Made by a program: the position numbers and the translations under genes. A stretch of 64,000 nucleotides of DNA from positions 1 through 64,000 of the IMG/VR virus record IMGVR_UViG_3300025849_000025; one strand, 5' to 3'. Of this stretch, positions 10,313 through 21,290 are shown one piece after another. The notes beneath the pieces were generated by a model that saw only the letters and a list, made by a program, of their open reading frames with translations, was not told the origin of the DNA and did no database searches. Origin of the DNA: a virus. How positions within the stretch are numbered: the first letter of the stretch is position 1; every line of letters starts with the position of its first letter.

Positions 10313-13300
10313 TATGTCAATGCCAACGCTCTATAATCACGTACAGTTGGACATTTGCTGATATCAGAAGTGAGCATGTCAATTCTGATAGCAAACTTCC
10401 TGTACCCTGCAAAAGTACCAGAACCACTAGTGTATTCTAACACGCCAGATGCATCTTTATTAGCCGCCGCCAGTTCAAACTTGAATTCACGGTAGTCATC
10501 TTTGTTGACATCCGAAGAGAATACATTAACACCTTCAGTCAGTTCTAACTCAGTCCAAGGAATGGTATTGAAAGAAGCACTGTCGTATACGTTCTGTGGT
10601 CTGATGTAGACTTTGATATCTGAACCACTTGGACGATAACCTGTCAACAACACATTGATATCTTCAGCATCCAAATCTTCGTTTAGTTCGATTGTTTTTG
10701 AAATATACTTAGAAGTAGTAGCCGCATCATTAGTTGCTTTATATTGGTAAGCCAAAAGGGAAGCAGTTTCTAAATCAACAATCGGCGTAGATGTAGAGTT
10801 GGAAGCATTTGCCATTGCTACAGTAATGTCGAATGGTTTAGCCCCAACAGTATCGTTCGATTTACTGAATAGAACTACACCCTTACGACCAAACGTATTA
10901 TTACCACCAAATTTCATTGGCATATTGTATGACGTTAGTGTGTCTGCTGGGTCTGTGAATGTACCACTCAACTTTGTAGAAGTGATAGAGTCGTTTGACT
11001 TCATGATCAGCGGTTGGATATAGCTGAGGTTGATGTTGTCGATAGTCCCAATAGTAGCTGTTCTACCACTGATAAATCCTGTAATAGTACCACCCACCGT
11101 AAATGGCTTAGAATTAGTTGCTGATGAGCCAGATAAGAACATCTGTGAACGCTCAAGTGCGTTGTAATGGACAATAGTACCCACAACAATGGATTTACAT
11201 GTCCCTGCGCCAACTGTAAAGTCAACAGGACGATCTACTGTGATTGTCGTAGGAGTATCAACACTTACAACTTCAAAGATTTCGTCTCTTGATCCACCAA
11301 CATTCGTCACCAAGATTTTATCACCAGCAGCAAAACTGTCGTTAAGTGAAGTACCTGTAATCGTAGTTCCATTGATAGGCATAGAGATGTTTGCAGATGT
11401 AGAACCTGTCAAGGCTTTTTCTTCATAAACTTCTTCGCCAGAAGTAAACTTGCCATCCCAATCGCTCAATGTAAAGAACTCGTGGTCGTCGTTTGTAAAT
11501 GTAACCGAACCTGTATCTGCATTAAAATCATGTCTGTAGAGGTTGAATTTCAAGTCTTCGTCTTGGTATGATTTCCATGCTCTGTTGTTTGTGGATGAGA
11601 ATAGAACCCCATCACCCCAGTCTTGTACAACTGATTGGCCTTGTGTAGCTCCCGGTGTCAAGTCTAGTCCACCAACTTTTGATGTGAACACTAGGTAATT
11701 TGGATCGTTAGCATCTGGCATGATTACTACTGAGTATTCTTTCTCGACGTCCATTCTGACTGGGGCATCAAAATCAATAGTTGTCACAGCGGATGCGTCA
11801 TCACTCACATTAATTTGATTTGGTGTGAGGTGTATTTTGGAGAAAGGCAATACCTGTGATGCTGGGTAGCCGTTAACAACTTCACGCAACATAACTGTAG
11901 CACCGTTAACAGCACTCTTACGTTTGAAGAAGAGGTCAACTTTAGATACGAATACACTATTTGAGCCACGTCCCATACCCTTTTTGATAAAGAATGTCTG
12001 GGCGAGAGGGTCAATTGTTACTGTACGTGCTGGAAGTGTTCTTGTAGTAATTTCTGTTCCAACATCACTATCTGGAATTCTAGTGGAAGCTGTTAATGCG
12101 CTTTTCTCAACTGAGATGTTGTATGCATGATACTCCAAATCAATTATAGAAGTAGATGCGGATTCAATACTCGAATACTGATTAACATCAACTACAGTTA
12201 GAACTCTGTCGCCAACAAAGAATGTTCCACTTGGCAATTCAAATACCGCACGAATTACACCATTAGCATCTGTTGTAACAGCCCCACCTTTTTCGCCAGC
12301 ACGTCTAACATTTCTGCTTGCGGTAGCATTTGTGCCTGGGCGTACAAATTCATTCACATCCACCCCATCAAAGAAGAAGTAGTGACGTGTGTTAGGACGA
12401 AGCCCAGCAGCGAACACCCTAATCTCACGAGAACGCATGTAAGGTTGGAATTCGAAGTTAGAAACGAAGTCGCCCACTGACTGATTAGCGGTTGTTTCAT
12501 TAACATTTAATGCAGTTGTAGCAGTTGTAATAGTATCTTGGATACTCCACTGTCTTCCACCAAGATGTGTTCTTGTAGTAGATGTAGATTGGTTATTCTG
12601 CACTGTCAAAGGAATAAATTGTTGTAGGTTATCGACAAAATCACGGAATGGTGATACTAGATCGATATCAAGAGTAACTGGGTTTGTTACTGTATCTTGC
12701 GCCATGTCATGACTTGGTGACAATGAACCAACACCATCATATTTCCAGAAGTTAGATACACAGTTTCTAAAGTTGGTCGCATATGGCTGACCCAACAATT
12801 TTGTATGTGCATTTCTGCTTAGTGTCGCAACTTCCGCATCTTCAGTTGTAGGGAAGATTGTTGCACTTGTACCAGACTTATACTTCAAGTCAAGAGGGAA
12901 AGTGTTAAGCGCTGGGCTAAGACTTTTCGTATCTGAGTGAACAGCCGCTTGATACTCTGGGTTTGCCACATCAGCGATAGATGTGTCATTGAATGGGTCA
13001 ACTAGGAAGCCGTTTTTAAATCTTGTCAAACCGTTTTCGTCAAGAACATTCAAGTTTTGTGTTGATTGCTCTAGTTGGTTTAGGCTGATGTAATATTCCA
13101 TCGCATCAAGTTTTCTATCCATCTTCGCAATATCACGCATAGTGTAATTCTTAACACCTCTAGCCTTAGTGCTAACTGCATAGTAAGCTTTCTGTTGATC
13201 AGCACCTTCTTGCGCAGACAACATAGGATAACCTGGAATAGTAATCTCAGATATAACAAGTTGATCAGCACCAACCTTAGGTGGCACTGGACGTTCATCT

Positions 13301-15651
13301 TCTTCACCTTTAACGATGGCAGACTTACCATAAGAATCCATCGTAATGGCATCAATTCTTCCCAAGTAGTGTTCTACATCAGCGGTTACGTTTCCGTTAA
13401 GCTGTGGGATAACAAAAGAGCCTGTGAATGATGGTTGTACTGCACCAACAGCCGCTGTTACTACAGATGCCGCGCCTTCTGTCAATGCTGTATAGCTTGC
13501 GCCAGCACCTAAGTCAGCGTATGGTCTAAAGTCAAGACACTCTCTTAGAGGATACGCATTGCCACTTGTAGAGATGTAAGTTGGTACGTCAGATGATCTA
13601 ATTTTGCCATCAGGAAGAATAGCAGTTACATCATCGATAGGATAACTGTTTACCGCAAAGAAGTTGATACCTGTTGCGTTGTTTATTTTGAAAACTTTTA
13701 GTTTAACTGTCAATGTGCCACTTGAAGGTTTGGCTCTTCCTGGAATAACTTCCATGTAAGAAAGGTCATAGAAGTTGTCTTGGGCGTTTCTTACCAAACG
13801 GAAAGTGTCTGTCCAGTCTTTGCCTGTGCTGTCTTCAACACTATCAATTGCATATACATCTGGGAAGCCCAAGCTGTATTTCGATTGACCATTGTTCCAT
13901 ACTACTTTGATGTATGGGTTTACCGACAGTTTGTTGAATGGCTGAGTAGAAACAATTCTTTTGTTGTAATAAACGTCGGCTGCTGGGTCTGATCCCGCCG
14001 CTAGGTTGATAGTAAGAATTGAGTTGTTTAGAGATGTGCTATAGCTTGTTACTGCAATCAAAGAGTTCGACGCATCTACTACAACAATGTCACTGTTATC
14101 ACAAGCGAAGTCATCACCTGGTTGTGCGTTGATAGTAATAGAGTTGCTTACAACTGAAACGCTACTTTGTGTGCGCACAGGAACCGAAACATCAGTAATT
14201 TCTTTTAGGCTTCTTGTACCAGTATTGAAGACCATAGAAGAATTTCCAGTGTCTTTAATCATGGAGTTAGCCGCGATACTAATCGAACCACCTGTAGAAA
14301 CAATACGCTCAACATCAGCAAAAGTTTTAGTTGGGTCTGTGATACTTGCGCCAAAAATGTATAGTTTAGTCGGTGTAATATTCTTTACGAAAGCTGAACC
14401 AATTTGTGTACCACCAGCGAGTTGAAGATCAACTGCACTATAATCAGTGGCAACTGTGCCATTGATCGAAACAATATCAACATATCCACCATAATTAAGA
14501 GATATCGATTGGTTTTGTTGAATGTTTGTTGTTATGACTGGATCGATAGTGATATCGACGTTGCCACGATTTTCTACTCTATAACCTTTGACGTATGCTG
14601 AACCTTTACCAACTAACGCCTTTAAGTCTGTGCCACGGCGTTCTGTTGTTACCTTGAAGTTCTCAACAATGTAGTCTCCGCTTTCTTCGTAAGTACGCTT
14701 AGCCATTTCTTCGGCAATTGAATTGAACTGGGAAACGTCTCTGATAGAAACAGCCGATCCGTTTTGATAACGAATTAATGTAAAGAAGTTCGCATCAACA
14801 TCAGCAACCGCTGTTGATTTTACAACCAGTGAAGGAACCATTTTAAGTCTGTCTGCACCTGGAGCGTTTTCGTTTGTGCTTCCGTTAGCATTGTCGTAAA
14901 GGCTTTCGTCTTGCAATGAAGATACTAGAGTTTCTACTACTTCATAACCAACCGAAACATCATCTGGTTGATTGTCGTACTTAGAAACAACAAGTGTTTG
15001 CTCATCTGCAAATAGGAAGTGACCTTTTTGGAATACAACACCAGCCGCCGCTTGAATACCAAACGATTTGCCTGTTGGTGTTGGAAGCTGTGTTACGTTG
15101 ATTGTTGCGACACTAAGATCAGTCTGGATTAGTGTTGAACCATCGTACTTGTAACGATTAATTGTAAGTTCTTCACCAGAAATAAATGTCTTGTAGTTGC
15201 TTGTTTCGTTTGTATTCAAATAGTTAATATACAAAGTGTTTAGGTTTGGTGGACGTGTCTCGAAACCTCTGTCTGTAACGATAATAGAAGCTTTAAGCCC
15301 AGTGATCGCACCTTCAACTTCATACTTTGTGTCGATAGACTTAGTTACGCCAGATACAATTTCATCGGCTGTTACTGGTCTGTAGCTTTCTGGATCAAAC
15401 CCAGTTTTGTCAGTTAGCTTGACAAATTGCAATCCATTTAGGTTTGTGAAGTTACAACCCTTGATAATGCTACCTTCTTTATAGACGTTATCACCAAATT
15501 GTTCAACTTGGTTTTGCAAAATGGTTTGCAATTGAGTGAGTTCTCTTGCCTGTACGGCATATGCTGGCTTGAAGAGAATCTTGTAGAACTGCTTTTCCAA
15601 ACCAAAGTCATCAAAGTATGGAGCAATATTAAGATTTGTATTAATTGGCAT
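10312..15651 (-). CDS. Large baseplate/tail structural protein, DUF4815/VrlC-like
   Basis: NLNIAPYFDDF, VQARELTQLQ, NAPGADRLK, RFKNGFLVDPF and DPLAQTF motifs typical of this family in T4-like marine phages. Confidence 0.85.
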   Translation of the reverse strand: MPINTNLNIAPYFDDFGLEKQFYKILFKPAYAVQARELTQLQTILQNQVEQFGDNVYKEGSIIKGCNFTNLNGLQFVKLTDKTGFDPESYRPVTADEIVSGVTKSIDTKYEVEGAITGLKASIIVTDRGFETRPPNLNTLYINYLNTNETSNYKTFISGEELTINRYKYDGSTLIQTDLSVATINVTQLPTPTGKSFGIQAAAGVVFQKGHFLFADEQTLVVSKYDNQPDDVSVGYEVVETLVSSLQDESLYDNANGSTNENAPGADRLKMVPSLVVKSTAVADVDANFFTLIRYQNGSAVSIRDVSQFNSIAEEMAKRTYEESGDYIVENFKVTTERRGTDLKALVGKGSAYVKGYRVENRGNVDITIDPVITTNIQQNQSISLNYGGYVDIVSINGTVATDYSAVDLQLAGGTQIGSAFVKNITPTKLYIFGASITDPTKTFADVERIVSTGGSISIAANSMIKDTGNSSMVFNTGTRSLKEITDVSVPVRTQSSVSVVSNSITINAQPGDDFACDNSDIVVVDASNSLIAVTSYSTSLNNSILTINLAAGSDPAADVYYNKRIVSTQPFNKLSVNPYIKVVWNNGQSKYSLGFPDVYAIDSVEDSTGKDWTDTFRLVRNAQDNFYDLSYMEVIPGRAKPSSGTLTVKLKVFKINNATGINFFAVNSYPIDDVTAILPDGKIRSSDVPTYISTSGNAYPLRECLDFRPYADLGAGASYTALTEGAASVVTAAVGAVQPSFTGSFVIPQLNGNVTADVEHYLGRIDAITMDSYGKSAIVKGEEDERPVPPKVGADQLVISEITIPGYPMLSAQEGADQQKAYYAVSTKARGVKNYTMRDIAKMDRKLDAMEYYISLNQLEQSTQNLNVLDENGLTRFKNGFLVDPFNDTSIADVANPEYQAAVHSDTKSLSPALNTFPLDLKYKSGTSATIFPTTEDAEVATLSRNAHTKLLGQPYATNFRNCVSNFWKYDGVGSLSPSHDMAQDTVTNPVTLDIDLVSPFRDFVDNLQQFIPLTVQNNQSTSTTRTHLGGRQWSIQDTITTATTALNVNETTANQSVGDFVSNFEFQPYMRSREIRVFAAGLRPNTRHYFFFDGVDVNEFVRPGTNATASRNVRRAGEKGGAVTTDANGVIRAVFELPSGTFFVGDRVLTVVDVNQYSSIESASTSIIDLEYHAYNISVEKSALTASTRIPDSDVGTEITTRTLPARTVTIDPLAQTFFIKKGMGRGSNSVFVSKVDLFFKRKSAVNGATVMLREVVNGYPASQVLPFSKIHLTPNQINVSDDASAVTTIDFDAPVRMDVEKEYSVVIMPDANDPNYLVFTSKVGGLDLTPGATQGQSVVQDWGDGVLFSSTNNRAWKSYQDEDLKFNLYRHDFNADTGSVTFTNDDHEFFTLSDWDGKFTSGEEVYEEKALTGSTSANISMPINGTTITGTSLNDSFAAGDKILVTNVGGSRDEIFEVVSVDTPTTITVDRPVDFTVGAGTCKSIVVGTIVHYNALERSQMFLSGSSATNSKPFTVGGTITGFISGRTATIGTIDNINLSYIQPLIMKSNDSITSTKLSGTFTDPADTLTSYNMPMKFGGNNTFGRKGVVLFSKSNDTVGAKPFDITVAMANASNSTSTPIVDLETASLLAYQYKATNDAATTSKYISKTIELNEDLDAEDINVLLTGYRPSGSDIKVYIRPQNVYDSASFNTIPWTELELTEGVNVFSSDVNKDDYREFKFELAAANKDASGVLEYTSGSGTFAGYRKFAIRIDMLTSDISKCPTVRDYRALALT

Positions 15652-15663
15652 GTGTGAGGTTCC

Positions 15664-17307
15664 TTAAAATTCTAATACTAATTTGTATTCTTCTCTTGAC
15701 GTTTCTGTCCTTGCGAGAGGAACAAAATCTTCCATGAAATAAACTTCTCCGCTACGTTGAACGTAATCAGACATGATTGTATTATTGGCTTGTGGACTAT
15801 TTATGGTAATTCGTTGTCCTTGTGGATTGACCAATTTAACAGTGTTGTCGAATGAGGTGTCGCTATCCGCAATGTTTTGGTATGGTCCCATGTAGCTAGA
15901 TAGGTATACAGTATTCGAAGTAGCGTCTACTTCATGTACCTTACCTGCAAAAGTAACGTTGTTGTCACTATCAACCTGTGTTAACAAAGCGTCAACAGTT
16001 GCAAAGGCAAACTGATCAGTAGTGATTGCAATTCTGTTGTCAAACACTGTTGGTGTGTTTGCGCTATTTGCCGAAGCACTCAAGAACTCTGGATTTTTAA
16101 TAACCCCAAGATGTGAGTAAGTGTTCGTTGCACCAATTCTATTGTTATTGGCTTCTGTGATATAGCCATAGAGTAGGATATGGCGACAATGCATTTCATC
16201 AATCATGTTCCATCCATGACCACCCTTTGGAGAAAGAACTGGTCTTAGAATAGCTCTTACGTCAATAGAAATCGGGTCTTCTGGATCAAAGTCAAATGTA
16301 GGATCAGTAATCGATGCTGTCACATTTGTGTAACCAGAACCTTGTTCTAGAATCAACAGAGAAGAAATGTTGCCATTTATGACATTAGGAAGCGCCTTCG
16401 CACCAGTACCGTCACCTTTTATAACACACGTTGGTACGATAGTAAATGTGGAGCCATTCAACACACCATCAGCGAGAGGTGTTCCCTCAACTCCAATCTT
16501 ACCGTATTGAACTCCTATTTGAAATTCGTAAGAGGTGATCACGTAAAGGTTTGACGGTCCACCATCTGGGTTAGTCACATATATCGACATGCCAGTGTAG
16601 AAGTTTTTGATTTGATTTATACCTGTGGCTCTTACTGTTAATGTACCATCGTTACTAGGAGCCGCCATGAGGAAGCCACTGATAGATGGGTATCCAGCAT
16701 TGTCAACAGGATTTTCAACGAAAATATCACTAATTTCTGAGCCATAAACAACATTGTTAGCATCAGCATTTGGGTCTGGATTGACTACTACATCAGCCGC
16801 AAGAGGAATAAAACCAACTGCGTTGTATGCTTCGAATTCTGATGGGGTGATTGCATACATAAACTTCCAAACATAATTGTCGGCTGTTCTGTATATTTGC
16901 CCTTCAGTGAATGGGTTCCAGTTTGGGGGTGCTGTAGATTTTCCGTCGTTATTATTGAACAAGCATTTGAACACACGATAATCGCCAGTGTCATTGTTTG
17001 TAGGTCCGACAACTGAATAGAACTTTTCGTCAGTCATATCCTTCTGGTCGTCGTACTGAACGTAAACTTGATCTTTCTGCCAAGGATGGTACTTGATCAT
17101 GAATTTAGTATCTGAACCAAGAACTTTCTTACCAAAAACTGTATTTTCTAAAAATTGATTTTTACTGCCTTGGGAGTCAGTCGCAGAGATACGATCCGTA
17201 CCTTGAAATACAGAAGATACGAATACATAAAAATCATTATCTAAAATGTCTGCATAGAACATTCTAGTTGTATCACTTTTTAATTTACTTGTCAATACCT
17301 CAGTCAT
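15664..17307 (-). CDS. Baseplate wedge subunit gp8-like
   Basis: YRVFKCLFNN, TADNYVWKFMY, SPKGGHG and C-terminal EEYKLVLEF. Confidence 0.8.
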   Translation of the reverse strand: MTEVLTSKLKSDTTRMFYADILDNDFYVFVSSVFQGTDRISATDSQGSKNQFLENTVFGKKVLGSDTKFMIKYHPWQKDQVYVQYDDQKDMTDEKFYSVVGPTNNDTGDYRVFKCLFNNNDGKSTAPPNWNPFTEGQIYRTADNYVWKFMYAITPSEFEAYNAVGFIPLAADVVVNPDPNADANNVVYGSEISDIFVENPVDNAGYPSISGFLMAAPSNDGTLTVRATGINQIKNFYTGMSIYVTNPDGGPSNLYVITSYEFQIGVQYGKIGVEGTPLADGVLNGSTFTIVPTCVIKGDGTGAKALPNVINGNISSLLILEQGSGYTNVTASITDPTFDFDPEDPISIDVRAILRPVLSPKGGHGWNMIDEMHCRHILLYGYITEANNNRIGATNTYSHLGVIKNPEFLSASANSANTPTVFDNRIAITTDQFAFATVDALLTQVDSDNNVTFAGKVHEVDATSNTVYLSSYMGPYQNIADSDTSFDNTVKLVNPQGQRITINSPQANNTIMSDYVQRSGEVYFMEDFVPLARTETSREEYKLVLEF

Positions 17308-17332
17308 ATCACCTGCACCTGTTCTTTTCTAA

Positions 17333-17340
17333 TATTTATA
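17333..17340 (-). promoter_or_regulatory. T4-type late promoter TATAAATA
   Basis: Exact consensus upstream of the gp8-like gene. Confidence 0.8.
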
Positions 17341-17350
17341 AGCAATTGCA

Positions 17351-19927
17351 TCAACCTCTTCTACGAATACGTGGACGTGGGTGTGTTTTTCCAGAAGTTG
17401 GTCTTTTTCTAAAGTTTTTTTGGGGAAAAGTTGTTCCAGTAATTGCTCTTTGGTTAATCCATCTCAAGTATTTATTCGGAGCGCCTTGAAGACTATCTCT
17501 ATCCATTGGATCATCTGCTTCAGTGTCAGCCATTTGATCTGAATTGGCGTTATCTATAAGCCATTGCTGAGCCTCTGCTTGTGTCATATTAGGCCAACTC
17601 TCTGCCAAAATAGCAACAACACCAGCAACCTGAGGTCCTGACATACTCGTTCCTTGATACTTACCAAGATCATAATTGTCATCTCTAGGATCATCGACAC
17701 CACCAGACAACAAACTACTTTGGATGCCTTCACCAGCAGCGAAAATATCTACCTGATTACCACAGTTACTAAAGTTAGCCTTGTCTTCATTGACATCATT
17801 CGATGTTGCGCCAACGTTAATTACAGGGGCATAACCTGCACCAGAACCAGTACCTCTGTGCAAATTCCAAGTATAATCAAAGCCATTGAAAACCATGTTA
17901 TATGTATTATTATAATCTTGATCAGATGAGTTTACTGTCTTCCAAGAAGCATTACCAGCAGATGCAACAATAATAATGCCATCATCAATAGCATCTTGCA
18001 TATCAGCATTGCGAGAGGTGAAGTAGTTTGGGATGTCCATCTGTAGAGTTGGAGCGTAAAACCCACGATCACGTAATTCTTGCGTTGTCAAAGAACGACC
18101 TGGGTTAAAGTCAGTCCCACGATAGTTTGCCCTTGTAACTTGACCTGTTGTGTAACTACCATTGTAATTTGTCGTGATAGTAGAGCCATAACTGTTGTTT
18201 GTAACAGTAGGATTTCTACGACCAGTCTCTGGATTAATAGGTTTGCTATTATGCCAAGCACGTATATAATCCCACATAAGCGACGATGAGAGCGAGTTTG
18301 GGTTAGTACCATACGGACTTATATTATAGATGTCTGCGTCTCTAGCCCACCCCTGTGAGTTCCCAGCGACTGTTCCTGCGCAGTGTGTGCCATGGTTGTT
18401 ATCACCTGTTCTTTCAGCGTTGCCACTGTCAATGTAAGGTGTATATGTGTAAGTCCCATTACTACCACCAGTCACTGAATTTGTCAATGAGAACCAGTTG
18501 AATTGTTTTACACGAGATGACACAGCATAACCAGAAACGCCTGCATCGTTATCTTGGAATATACTTCTTAATGTAGTGAAGTTTGGCTTTGTCAACACTG
18601 GATCGATGTATGTATTAAACAGAGCATATCCTAATGGGTTGTACGTCTGAATATTACTTGGCGTTCTCATAGTGTCAGCCCATTCTGGTGCGAGACTACC
18701 CCCATCCCAGAATTCACTCATCTCCCACATATTAAAGTTAAGAAGATATAGATATTCTTTGTAAGCTACTTCTGCTTGTTCAGCATTTGTATTCCAGTTA
18801 GGTGCATAATCTGTAGGATCAAAGTAACTACCATTAATAGCTTCTGACATAGCAAGATGTAAAGCTGTATTAGCAAAACCAGAGTTTTCAGATGCAACCC
18901 AATTCAATGCTACGTCTGAACCATCAACCGCACCTGGCAAACCAAATAAATGGATTGTGTGCATAAGGTGTTCTACGATTTCTTCCACATCAGTATCACC
19001 AACAGATGGTGACGGACCAGAAACGTTTCTATACCAAACCATATCGTTATGAACGTGTGTATCTAAGAAATTTTGATACCCCACATAAGAGTTAATGTTT
19101 TCATCAAGCAAGAAGTTTGGTTCATACTGTCCACCGCCGCCATAAGCAACACGTTGTGCTGTAGGTAAACCTGCATGCGTAGTGCCTGGCTCTCCTTTTA
19201 GAGTGGATATTAATTTCTTTTGAGCATCTAAGTTGACATTGTTGCCATCTGGATCGATCATTAGATCGACAACCCTTGCTGTCTTTCTAGCCCATTCATC
19301 TGGTACAGCAATTTGACCACCAGCAGCACCTGCAATAACAATTTTTAACCCATTGACAGTAACTGACCTATCAAATAATGCACTGTTTGTGTTGTCGTTT
19401 ACTAAGTTGCCTTTGAAGTGTGCTGTCTCTCTTGGTTTAAATTCTGGATGTGCTGGGTCGATGTGTCCATCAACAATAACAACATCAACATTTTTACCTG
19501 AGGCAGTGACTGTTAGATCATCAATGTAAGTATTAGTTCCGTTAGAACCCCAATTAGCTCTGTTGGCATCTTCGCTGTGTCTCAACAATCCCCAGTTGTG
19601 GTCTGTTGCGTCTGTAAACCAATCCTTTGAGAATTTCTCGTTTACCATTTTCCAACCAGCAGGTCTTGTGGTAAGATCAATCATCTCAGCAAGTTCGACG
19701 TCCCATACTCTAGGATCGTTCTTCAACTCTTGTGCTTCTTCGTGAGTTAGCATGTAATGCGTGTTACGGCTTATTACTCTTCTGTTTGCAACTTCAACAG
19801 CACGTTTTGGAAAAGAAGGCTCAACGTCATATACATGAGCCGCACTTTCCTGCGCTTCAATGTCACCATAGAATTCTTCGAGATCATCCTTGTTATGCAA
19901 GGTGACGATATACTCATGCAACGGCAT
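17351..19927 (-). CDS. Subtilisin-family (S8) serine protease with a ~300-aa inserted domain
   Basis: Catalytic D (VVIVDG), H (HGTHCAGT), oxyanion N (SAGN) and S (GTSMSGPQVAG); N-terminal propeptide-like region. Confidence 0.9.
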   Translation of the reverse strand: MPLHEYIVTLHNKDDLEEFYGDIEAQESAAHVYDVEPSFPKRAVEVANRRVISRNTHYMLTHEEAQELKNDPRVWDVELAEMIDLTTRPAGWKMVNEKFSKDWFTDATDHNWGLLRHSEDANRANWGSNGTNTYIDDLTVTASGKNVDVVIVDGHIDPAHPEFKPRETAHFKGNLVNDNTNSALFDRSVTVNGLKIVIAGAAGGQIAVPDEWARKTARVVDLMIDPDGNNVNLDAQKKLISTLKGEPGTTHAGLPTAQRVAYGGGGQYEPNFLLDENINSYVGYQNFLDTHVHNDMVWYRNVSGPSPSVGDTDVEEIVEHLMHTIHLFGLPGAVDGSDVALNWVASENSGFANTALHLAMSEAINGSYFDPTDYAPNWNTNAEQAEVAYKEYLYLLNFNMWEMSEFWDGGSLAPEWADTMRTPSNIQTYNPLGYALFNTYIDPVLTKPNFTTLRSIFQDNDAGVSGYAVSSRVKQFNWFSLTNSVTGGSNGTYTYTPYIDSGNAERTGDNNHGTHCAGTVAGNSQGWARDADIYNISPYGTNPNSLSSSLMWDYIRAWHNSKPINPETGRRNPTVTNNSYGSTITTNYNGSYTTGQVTRANYRGTDFNPGRSLTTQELRDRGFYAPTLQMDIPNYFTSRNADMQDAIDDGIIIVASAGNASWKTVNSSDQDYNNTYNMVFNGFDYTWNLHRGTGSGAGYAPVINVGATSNDVNEDKANFSNCGNQVDIFAAGEGIQSSLLSGGVDDPRDDNYDLGKYQGTSMSGPQVAGVVAILAESWPNMTQAEAQQWLIDNANSDQMADTEADDPMDRDSLQGAPNKYLRWINQRAITGTTFPQKNFRKRPTSGKTHPRPRIRRRG

Positions 19928-19928
19928 A

Positions 19929-20504
19929 TTATGCCTCCAATTGAAGTACGTTTAATGTGACAACAACCGTTCCCGCCGATCCAGATTTGTTAGTAACTGC
20001 ACATGGAATATTAGTTGTTGGAGTTGCTTCCATGTTAAAACCCATTGCAGATGGAGACATCAAAACAGTCTCTGCACCTGTTGTGATTACCTCTGCGATA
20101 ACACCAGCATCTGGTGATGGGTCTGCCGTCTCAAGTCTGGATGCATCGGAAGTTCTGCTTGTACCGTTTGAATAAATTCTCACCCAAGCCGCTTTGTCAG
20201 TTGTGATCGATAGTAGTGCGTATCCTTTAAAGCCTACGATATCAAGATTGTTTGTAGCACCATCAGCCAATGAAGGTGTGGTTCCTACTTTACTTGATCT
20301 TGACTGAAGACTTGAACCTTCACTTCCACCACCGCCACCAGTAAATTCTGAACCGTTGACATAGATTGCGCCTGTAATATTCACCCCAGCGGCAGTCGTT
20401 TCCATTTTATTCACACCGCTGTGTGTCAAGATAACAGAGTTTGCCGTTGCGTTGACAATGATTTTGTCGTTATTATAGTTATTAATGTTCATTGGTTTTG
20501 CCAT
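19929..20504 (-). CDS. Putative virion structural protein
   Basis: KMETTAAGVNITG fibre-like motif; located in the baseplate operon. Confidence 0.65.
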   Translation of the reverse strand: MAKPMNINNYNNDKIIVNATANSVILTHSGVNKMETTAAGVNITGAIYVNGSEFTGGGGGSEGSSLQSRSSKVGTTPSLADGATNNLDIVGFKGYALLSITTDKAAWVRIYSNGTSRTSDASRLETADPSPDAGVIAEVITTGAETVLMSPSAMGFNMEATPTTNIPCAVTNKSGSAGTVVVTLNVLQLEA

Positions 20505-20505
20505 C

Positions 20506-21255
20506 TTAGTATCCTGACGCTGTTACGAATATTGGAACACTTGTATAGGTAATTTGACCTACACATCTCACGAAAGTGTTATTAGGTATGCCTGAGTTTG
20601 GAGCCTTGACTGTAACAGTAAATGTTATTACACCATTATTAACTGTCTCTGCAACTTCTACACTATTGAATATATCTTCAGAACCTACACCCATTTCCAT
20701 GACATCATATGTTCCACCTTCTACACGGCTGAACAAAACTTCCATCGTTCTGTATTCATCGTTCCCATTAGTATTAGCTATTAGAGTTAGAAGAATTTTA
20801 CCGCCACTCGTATATCTGTCCAATATTTTGGTATACACAACACCAAGAATTTCACTGTTGGCAACGTTAGATGGTGGGATGACATCCTGTAGTGTCGCAG
20901 AAATTGTATCGTTTATGACAAAGGGGATTACTTGGTCAAGACTGTTTACCTGTCCGTATGTAAACGAACCTGTGACTGTACTATCTTGGATTGAAACCGC
21001 ACCAACCTGATCAACGAAAGAGAAATTACCACTTCCGTCAGTAGCCAAAATTTGGTTGTTCGAGCCATCCGTGATACTAAAATCTTCGATGCTCGTTGGC
21101 TTATCAGACAAATCAGTATAACTACCAGAAAATGCCGCCGCATCAGCGTTATACAATTCGGTGAAGTTTGCATTTACCTTTTGGAATGCGTTTCTTAACG
21201 GATCGCCTGTACCGTCGTTATCGGCAGTACCTGTATTTACAATTTGCTTAGCCAT
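20506..21255 (-). CDS. gp9/gp10-like baseplate-fibre connector protein
   Basis: N-terminal NTGTADNDGTGDPLRNAFQKVNANFTELY motif shared with T4 gp9/gp10 N-termini. Confidence 0.7.
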   Translation of the reverse strand: MAKQIVNTGTADNDGTGDPLRNAFQKVNANFTELYNADAAAFSGSYTDLSDKPTSIEDFSITDGSNNQILATDGSGNFSFVDQVGAVSIQDSTVTGSFTYGQVNSLDQVIPFVINDTISATLQDVIPPSNVANSEILGVVYTKILDRYTSGGKILLTLIANTNGNDEYRTMEVLFSRVEGGTYDVMEMGVGSEDIFNSVEVAETVNNGVITFTVTVKAPNSGIPNNTFVRCVGQITYTSVPIFVTASGY

Positions 21256-21290
21256 GTTTGCTCCTAAAGTCTTTTTACTTATTTATCTGT

